Assembly: GCA_018710845.1 (NCBI GenBank)
Contig: DVJB01000065.1
Location: 7,310-71,309, forward strand
Length of the DNA: 64,000 nt
Direction of reading: 5' to 3'
Source: Candidatus Onthomonas avicola
GTDB taxonomy: Bacteria; Bacillota; Clostridia; Oscillospirales; Oscillospiraceae
Numbering within the stretch: the first letter of the stretch is position 1; every line of letters begins with the position of its first letter. Below, piece by piece: positions 58,301-64,000 of this stretch. The notes under the pieces were generated by a model, which was not told where the DNA came from, searched no databases, and saw only the letters and a list, made by a program, of their open reading frames with translations. The position numbers were made by a program, and so were the translations under genes.

Positions 58301-59821
58301 TCAGTCGTCGATCAGGCTGACGCCGTCCATCTCGGCGGGCTTTTCCAGGCCCATCAGGTCGAGCATGGTGGGGGCGATGTCGCACAGACGGCCGTCGTGC
58401 AGCTTGACGTCCGCGCCCACGATGCAGAAGGGCACCAGATTGGTGGTGTGCGCCGTCATCGGGCTCACGCCGTCCTCCTGGAGCATCTGCTCGCAGTTGC
58501 CGTGGTCGGCGGTAATCAGGCTGACGCCGCCCATCCGGGAGGTGGCCTCCACCACCTGGCCGACGCAGCGGTCTACCGTCTCCACGGCGAGGACGGCCGC
58601 GTCCATCACACCGGTGTGGCCCACCATGTCGCCGTTGGCGAAGTTGAGGATGATGACGTCATACTTGCCGCTCTCGATGCGCTCCACGCAGGCGGCGGCG
58701 ACCTCGTTGGCGGACATATCCGGCTTGAGGTCGTAGGTGGCCACCTTGGGGGAGGGGATGAGGCAGCGGTCCTCGCCGGGGAAGACCTTCTCCACGCCGC
58801 CGTTGAAGAAGAAGGTGACGTGGGCGTACTTCTCCGTCTCGGCGATGCGCAGCTGGGTCAGGCCAAGGTCGGAGATATACTCGCCGAAGATCTTGTGCAG
58901 GTGGCCCTTCGGGAAGGCGATCTCCACGTTGGGCATGGTCGCGTCGTACTCTGTCGTGCAGACATAGTTGACGTGGAAGAAGCCCTTCTTGCGCTCAAAG
59001 CCGGTGAAGTCGGGGTCGACAAAGCTGCGGGTGATCTCGCGCGCCCGGTCGGGGCGGAAGTTCATAAACAGGATGGAGTCGCCCTCGCCGATCTCGGCAT
59101 GCTCGGCGGTGATGACGGGCACGACGAACTCGTCCGTCACGCCGGCGTCATAGCTGGCCTGCATCGCGCCCACCGGGTCGTCGATAAAGCGCTGCTCGCT
59201 CTCGCCGTAGACCATCGCCTTGTAGGAGCGCTCCACGCGGTTCCAGTTGGTGTCGCGGTCCATCGCGTAGTAGCGGCCGGAGATGGTTGCGATCTTGGCG
59301 CCGTACTGGTCGCAGGTCTCCTTCATCTGGGCGACATAACCCTTGCCGGAGGTGGGGGGCACGTCGCGCCCGTCCATAAAGCAGTGGACGAAGATCTTCT
59401 CACAGCCCAGGTCGTGCGCCATCTTGACGGCGGCCTGGATGTGGGTGATGTGGGAGTGCACGCCGCCGTCGCTCATCAGGCCGTAGATGTGCACCGCCTT
59501 GCCGGCCTCCTTGGCGGCGAGAATCGCCTTCTTGTAGGCCGGGTTCTCGAAGAAGTCGCCGTCGGCGATCGCCTTGCTGATCTTGGGGAGATCCTGGAAC
59601 ACGACGCGGCCGGCGCCGATGTTGGTGTGGCCGACCTCGCTGTTGCCCATCTGCCCGTCGGGCAGGCCGACGTCCAGCCCGGAGGCGGACAGGCGGCTGA
59701 ACGGATTTTCCGCAAAGAGATGGTCGAGCACCGGGGTCTCGGCATGGGTGAAGGCGTTGCCCTTGCTGTCCGGGGCGATGCCGATGCCGTCCATGATAAT
59801 GAGAGTAGTCGGAGTTTTCAT
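58301..59821 (-). CDS. gpmI: 2,3-BPG-independent phosphoglycerate mutase
   Basis: LIIMDG, GQMGNSEVGH, GGVHSH, GRYYAMDRD, ETEKYAHVT, TADHGN. Confidence 0.97.
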   Translation of the reverse strand: MKTPTTLIIMDGIGIAPDSKGNAFTHAETPVLDHLFAENPFSRLSASGLDVGLPDGQMGNSEVGHTNIGAGRVVFQDLPKISKAIADGDFFENPAYKKAILAAKEAGKAVHIYGLMSDGGVHSHITHIQAAVKMAHDLGCEKIFVHCFMDGRDVPPTSGKGYVAQMKETCDQYGAKIATISGRYYAMDRDTNWNRVERSYKAMVYGESEQRFIDDPVGAMQASYDAGVTDEFVVPVITAEHAEIGEGDSILFMNFRPDRAREITRSFVDPDFTGFERKKGFFHVNYVCTTEYDATMPNVEIAFPKGHLHKIFGEYISDLGLTQLRIAETEKYAHVTFFFNGGVEKVFPGEDRCLIPSPKVATYDLKPDMSANEVAAACVERIESGKYDVIILNFANGDMVGHTGVMDAAVLAVETVDRCVGQVVEATSRMGGVSLITADHGNCEQMLQEDGVSPMTAHTTNLVPFCIVGADVKLHDGRLCDIAPTMLDLMGLEKPAEMDGVSLIDD

Positions 59822-59925
59822 ATGATTTTGTTCCCTCTTCACACAAAATGAAAGGATTTGCGTCTGCGCCGCCACACGCGGCTGCGGCGGCTGAAAGGAG
59901 CTTTCAACCGCCGGCAGTGACGCGA

Positions 59926-60699
59926 TTATTCCTGGTTGGCCGCGTTGATGATGGTGGTGAAGGCGGCGGGCTTCAGGGAGGCGCCGCCGATCAGGCCGCC
60001 GTCGATGTCGGGCTGGGCGAGCAGCTCATAGGCGTTCTTGTCGTTCATGGAGCCGCCGTAGAGGATGGTGACGCTGCGGGCCACACGCGCGCCGTAGAGC
60101 TTGCGGATGACGGTGCGGATCTCGCAGTTGACCTCGTTGGCCTGCTCGGGGGTGGCGGTGCGGCCGGTGCCGATGGCCCAGAGGGGCTCATAGGCGATGA
60201 CGACATGGCGCATCTTCTCAGCGGGGATGCCGGCCAGGGCGGTCTTCACCTGCAGGTCGATCAGCTCCTTGGTGATGCCCAGCTCGCGCTGCTCCAGGCT
60301 CTCGCCCACGCAAATGATGGGATACAGACCGGCCTCGATGGCGGCCTTGGCCTTCTTGTTGACGATGATGTCGTCGTCGTTCCAGTACTGGCGGCGCTCG
60401 GAGTGGCCGATGATGACGTACTTCACGCCCAGGTCCTTGAGCATGGCGGCGGAGACCTCGCCGGTGTAGGCGCCGGAGGCCTCAAAGTGCAGGTTCTCCG
60501 CGCCCACCTGCACGCGGCAGTCCTTAAACGCCTTCTGCGCGGCGGGGATGTTGACAAAGGGGGCACAGATCAGGATGTCGCACCACTTGGCCTTGGGCAG
60601 CATGGTCTTGAGCTCGTCGGCGAAGGCCTTGGTCTCAGACGCGGTCTTGTTCATCTTCCAGTTGCCGGCGATGAGAGTCTTGCGATATCTTCTGTTCAT
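59926..60699 (-). CDS. tpiA: Triosephosphate isomerase
   Basis: IAGNWKMN, GHSERR, AYEPLWAIGTG, YGGS, GGASL. Confidence 0.98.
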   Translation of the reverse strand: MNRRYRKTLIAGNWKMNKTASETKAFADELKTMLPKAKWCDILICAPFVNIPAAQKAFKDCRVQVGAENLHFEASGAYTGEVSAAMLKDLGVKYVIIGHSERRQYWNDDDIIVNKKAKAAIEAGLYPIICVGESLEQRELGITKELIDLQVKTALAGIPAEKMRHVVIAYEPLWAIGTGRTATPEQANEVNCEIRTVIRKLYGARVARSVTILYGGSMNDKNAYELLAQPDIDGGLIGGASLKPAAFTTIINAANQE

Positions 60700-60856
60700 A
60701 ATTAACAACCTCTTTTTTCTATTTTGAATGCCCGTACAGGAGCATCGAATGGACAAAGCAAGGCCGGGGTCCCGGGCGGCCGCGCCGCAGCACGCCCGGG
60801 ATCTCGGTCGGGACCGGCCGCGCCGGGCGACCGGAAAGGGTGCGCGGAGACCGGAA

Positions 60857-62062
60857 TTACTTATCCAGCAGGGCGGCCACGCCGGGCAGCTCCTTGCCCT
60901 CCATGAACTCGAGGGAGGCGCCGCCGCCGGTGGAGATGTGGGTCATCTTGTCGGCATAGCCCAGCTGCTGCACGGCGGCCGCGGAGTCGCCGCCGCCGAT
61001 GATGGTGATGGCGTCCGTCTTGCTCAGGGCCTCGGCGACCGCCTCGGTGCCCTTGGCAAAGCGCGGGAACTCAAACACGCCCATCGGGCCGTTCCAGATG
61101 ACGGTGCCGGCGTCGGCCACGGCGTCGCAGTAGAGCTTGACGGTCTCGGGGCCGATATCCAGGCCCATCATATCGTCCGGAATCTGGCCGGCGGGGACCA
61201 CCATGGACTCGGCGTCAGCGGCAAACTCCTTGGCGCAGACGGTGTCCACCGGCAGCAGGAGCTTGACGCCCTTGTCGGCGGCCTTCTTGACCATCTCGTT
61301 GGCGTACTCCTCCCAGTCGGCCTCGAGCAGGCTGGTACCCACCTTGCCGCCGGCCGCGGCGGAGAAGGTGTAGCTCATGCCGCCGCCGATGATGATGGTG
61401 TCGGCGATCTCGAGCAGGTTGTTGATCACGCCGATCTTGGAGGAGACCTTCGCGCCGCCCAGGATAGCGACGAGGGGACGCTTGGGGTTGGCGAGCGCGC
61501 CGCCGATGATCTCCAGCTCCTTCTGGATCAGGAAGCCGGACACGGCGGGCAGGTACGCGGCCACGCCGGCAGTGGAGGCGTGCGCGCGGTGAACGGTACC
61601 AAAGGCATCGGAGACATACACGCCGTCGGCGCCGGCCAGGTCGGCCAGGGCCTTGGCAAAGGCGGGGTCATTCTTGGTCTCGCCCTTGTCGTAACGGAGA
61701 TTCTCGAGCAGCATGATCTGGCCGGGCTGGAGGGCGGCGGCCTTGGCCTTGGCGTCCTCGCCAATGATGTCCTTGGCCATAATGACCTCCTGGCCGAGCA
61801 GCTCGCTCAGACGCTGGGCGACGGGGGCCAGGCTCAGCTCGGGCTTCCACTCGCCCTTGGGCTTGCCCATGTGGGAGCAGGCGATGACGGCGGCGCCCTG
61901 CTCGAGCAGATACTGAATGGTGGGCAGCGCGGCGCGGATACGCTTGTCGTCGGTGATCTTGCCGCTGCCGTCCTTGGCCATCGGGACGTTGAAGTCGCAG
62001 CGCAGAAGGACCTTCTTGCCCTTCACGTCAATGTCCGTCACGGTCTTCTTGTTGTAGTTCAT
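60857..62062 (-). CDS. pgk: Phosphoglycerate kinase
   Basis: [40 protein letters not shown]. Confidence 0.98.
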   Translation of the reverse strand: MNYNKKTVTDIDVKGKKVLLRCDFNVPMAKDGSGKITDDKRIRAALPTIQYLLEQGAAVIACSHMGKPKGEWKPELSLAPVAQRLSELLGQEVIMAKDIIGEDAKAKAAALQPGQIMLLENLRYDKGETKNDPAFAKALADLAGADGVYVSDAFGTVHRAHASTAGVAAYLPAVSGFLIQKELEIIGGALANPKRPLVAILGGAKVSSKIGVINNLLEIADTIIIGGGMSYTFSAAAGGKVGTSLLEADWEEYANEMVKKAADKGVKLLLPVDTVCAKEFAADAESMVVPAGQIPDDMMGLDIGPETVKLYCDAVADAGTVIWNGPMGVFEFPRFAKGTEAVAEALSKTDAITIIGGGDSAAAVQQLGYADKMTHISTGGGASLEFMEGKELPGVAALLDK

Positions 62063-62111
62063 AGTGATGACTCCTTTCCTGTTTCCAATGCCTGTTTGTA
62101 CTGGGAAAATG

Positions 62112-62627
62112 TCACTGAGACGAGGAAATCTCCTCCAACGGCGCCTCCTCGTGCCCTCTGGAGGCCAAGCCCAGAAACCCCGCCTGCCGCAGTGCCTCAT
62201 AGGCGACGATGGCGACCGCGTTGGAGAGGTTGAGGCTGCGCGCCTCTGAGCGCATGGGGATACGGACACACCGATCGGCGTGCGCCTGACGAAACCACCG
62301 GGGCAGTCCGGCTGTCTCCTTACCGAAAAACAGCCAGCACTCGCCGCGATAGTCCGCCTCGGCATAGGACCGCTGCGCCTTTGTCGTGGTCAGCCAGAGG
62401 TTCTCCGCCGCCTCGGGATAGAGCCGGAACAGCTCGTCCAGGCTGTCATGAATCTCCAGCTCGAGCAGCGGCCAGTAGTCCAGACCAGCCCGCCGCACCC
62501 GGCGCTCGGTGATCTCAAAGCCCAGGGGGCGGATGAGATGGAGCTTGCTGCCGGTCGCGGCGCAGGTGCGCGAAATATTCCCCGTATTCTGGGGAATCTC
62601 CGGCTCCACCAGCACAATATGCAGCAT
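62112..62627 (-). CDS. trmL: tRNA (cytidine/uridine-2'-O)-methyltransferase
   Basis: [35 protein letters not shown]. Confidence 0.93.
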   Translation of the reverse strand: MLHIVLVEPEIPQNTGNISRTCAATGSKLHLIRPLGFEITERRVRRAGLDYWPLLELEIHDSLDELFRLYPEAAENLWLTTTKAQRSYAEADYRGECWLFFGKETAGLPRWFRQAHADRCVRIPMRSEARSLNLSNAVAIVAYEALRQAGFLGLASRGHEEAPLEEISSSQ

Positions 62628-62866
62628 CAGCCGGACACCTCCTTCGATCATGGTACATTCTACCCTCTTTTCGTCGGAAAAGCAACAGTAAAACGGCGGA
62701 TTTTACCCCCTTTTTCCGAAAAAATTTTCCGCACGCGCTGTAAAGAGGGCGGAGAGGAACCGTATGCCGCCGCCGGGGAGAAAAACTGGCGGCAAACGCT
62801 TGCCACGCGGCCGGATGTGTGCTATTGTGTAAGCGTTCATACCATATTATAAAGGATGTAGCAGAT

Positions 62867-63676
62867 ATGAGTGAATTGACGCGCGCGCTGCGGATTGTCG
62901 TAAAGATAGGGACTTCCAGCCTGACCCGGCCGGACGGGAGCAGGAACCTGCGCAATATGGACCTGCTGGCCCGGACGATGTGCGATCTGCAGGGGATGGG
63001 ACACGAGATGATTCTCGTCTCCTCCGGGGCGATCGCGATCGGCTCAGGCAAGCTGGGCCTGGCCGCCCGGCCGGCGCAGCTGCGTATGAAACAGGCCGCC
63101 GCCGCCGTCGGCCAGTGCGAGATGATGCACATCTACGACAAGTTTTTTGGCGAATACGGGCAGACGGTGGCGCAGGTGCTGCTGACCGGAGAGGACGTGG
63201 CGGACCCCGCGCGCAAGGCGCACCTGTCCGGCACCTTCTCCGCCCTGCTCGGGCTGGGGGTGATCCCCGTGGTCAACGAGAACGACTCCGTCTCCGCCGC
63301 TGAGATCGAGACGGGGGAGCACAAGGTGCTCGGCGACAACGACACCCTCTCGGCCATTGTCGCCGGGCTGTGCCGGGCGGACCTGCTGATTCTGCTCAGC
63401 GACATTGACGGGCTCTACGACTCCGACCCGCACACGAATCCCGACGCGAAGCTGATCCCCGTGGTGGACGAGATCACGCCCGAGATCTGTGAGATGGCCG
63501 GCGGCGTGGGGAGCAAATGGGGCACCGGCGGCATGCGCACCAAGCTGGACGCGGCGCAGCTGGCGACCAGCCTCGGCATTGACATGGTGCTCGCCAACAG
63601 CGCCCGGATGGAGGCACTCTATGACATCGCAGCCGGCAAGAGCGTCGGCACGCGCTTTGTCGCCCACAGGCGGTGA
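62867..63676 (+). CDS. proB: Glutamate 5-kinase
   Basis: VVKIGTSSL, LVSSGAI, NENDSV, GDNDTLSA, GTGGMRTK. Confidence 0.96.
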   Translation: MSELTRALRIVVKIGTSSLTRPDGSRNLRNMDLLARTMCDLQGMGHEMILVSSGAIAIGSGKLGLAARPAQLRMKQAAAAVGQCEMMHIYDKFFGEYGQTVAQVLLTGEDVADPARKAHLSGTFSALLGLGVIPVVNENDSVSAAEIETGEHKVLGDNDTLSAIVAGLCRADLLILLSDIDGLYDSDPHTNPDAKLIPVVDEITPEICEMAGGVGSKWGTGGMRTKLDAAQLATSLGIDMVLANSARMEALYDIAAGKSVGTRFVAHRR

Positions 63677-63692
63677 CAGGTGGAGATAGAGC

Positions 63693-63897
63693 AGACGGGC
63701 CGAAAAGGTCTCACCGAGTTTGGCGCAAAGCGCCAAATAAAGTCCAATTTATTTTTGGCACGGGCATGTACCGGGCCAAAAATACTGATAGTCCCGCAAG
63801 TGTGCGACCGGAGGGAGTGCGCGCAGCGGGACTGCAAACTCGCGCAAATGCTTGCATTTGCGCGAAAGGCTGTCAAAAATACTTTTTTGACAGCCGC
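63693..63897 (+). mobile_element. Structured MITE-like element, copy 3 (internally deleted)
   Basis: Same motif order as copies 1 and 2, but the central ~50-bp hairpin block is missing and one hairpin is shortened. Confidence 0.8.
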
Positions 63898-63915
63898 ATA
63901 AAGGAGGTAGGAGAG

Positions 63916-64000
63916 ATGACACAACTGGAACTGCAGGGCCGGGCGGCCAAAAAGGCGTCCCGCCAGCTGGCTGTGGCGGGCACGGCGCTGAAGAACCGCG
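63916..64000 (+). CDS. proA: Glutamate-5-semialdehyde dehydrogenase (start only)
   Basis: MTQLELQGRAAKKASRQLA...KN after AAGGAGG, downstream of proB. Confidence 0.8.
   Translation, partial: MTQLELQGRAAKKASRQLAVAGTALKNR

Overview
High-GC Firmicutes chromosomal window (gene content and promoters look like Clostridia/Oscillospiraceae; this placement is inference). It is mostly housekeeping: glycolysis (gap, pgk, tpiA, gpmI), hisS/aspS/serS, a dnaD-dnaC-noc-parA-parB cluster with three perfect parS sites, lepA, pta, prfC, lysA, tadA, prmA, two two-component systems, htrA, murI, recD2, uvrB/uvrA and proB/proA. No tRNA, rRNA, CRISPR array or prophage was found. The interesting material is intergenic. 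(1) Between convergent lysA and tadA there is a diverged tandem duplication that looks like two paralogous ~75-80 nt sRNAs. Each has a conserved promoter, a CU-rich seed complementary to Shine-Dalgarno plus AUGAAAAG, and a terminator hairpin, which resembles streptococcal csRNAs. This is the best candidate for an undescribed system. (2) A RAYT transposase sits inside the LexA-boxed uvrB-uvrA unit and carries its own GTAG REPs in-frame; 11 REPs occur in the window, three pairs forming a composite element with a second hairpin family. (3) A structured ~200-260 bp MITE is present in three copies, one with an 8-bp TSD, and shows compensatory base changes. (4) An Mrr nuclease sits between hisS and aspS. 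(5) A MinD lacking its membrane helix is paired with a catalytically degenerate MgsA. All coordinates were counted by hand and no database searches were run.
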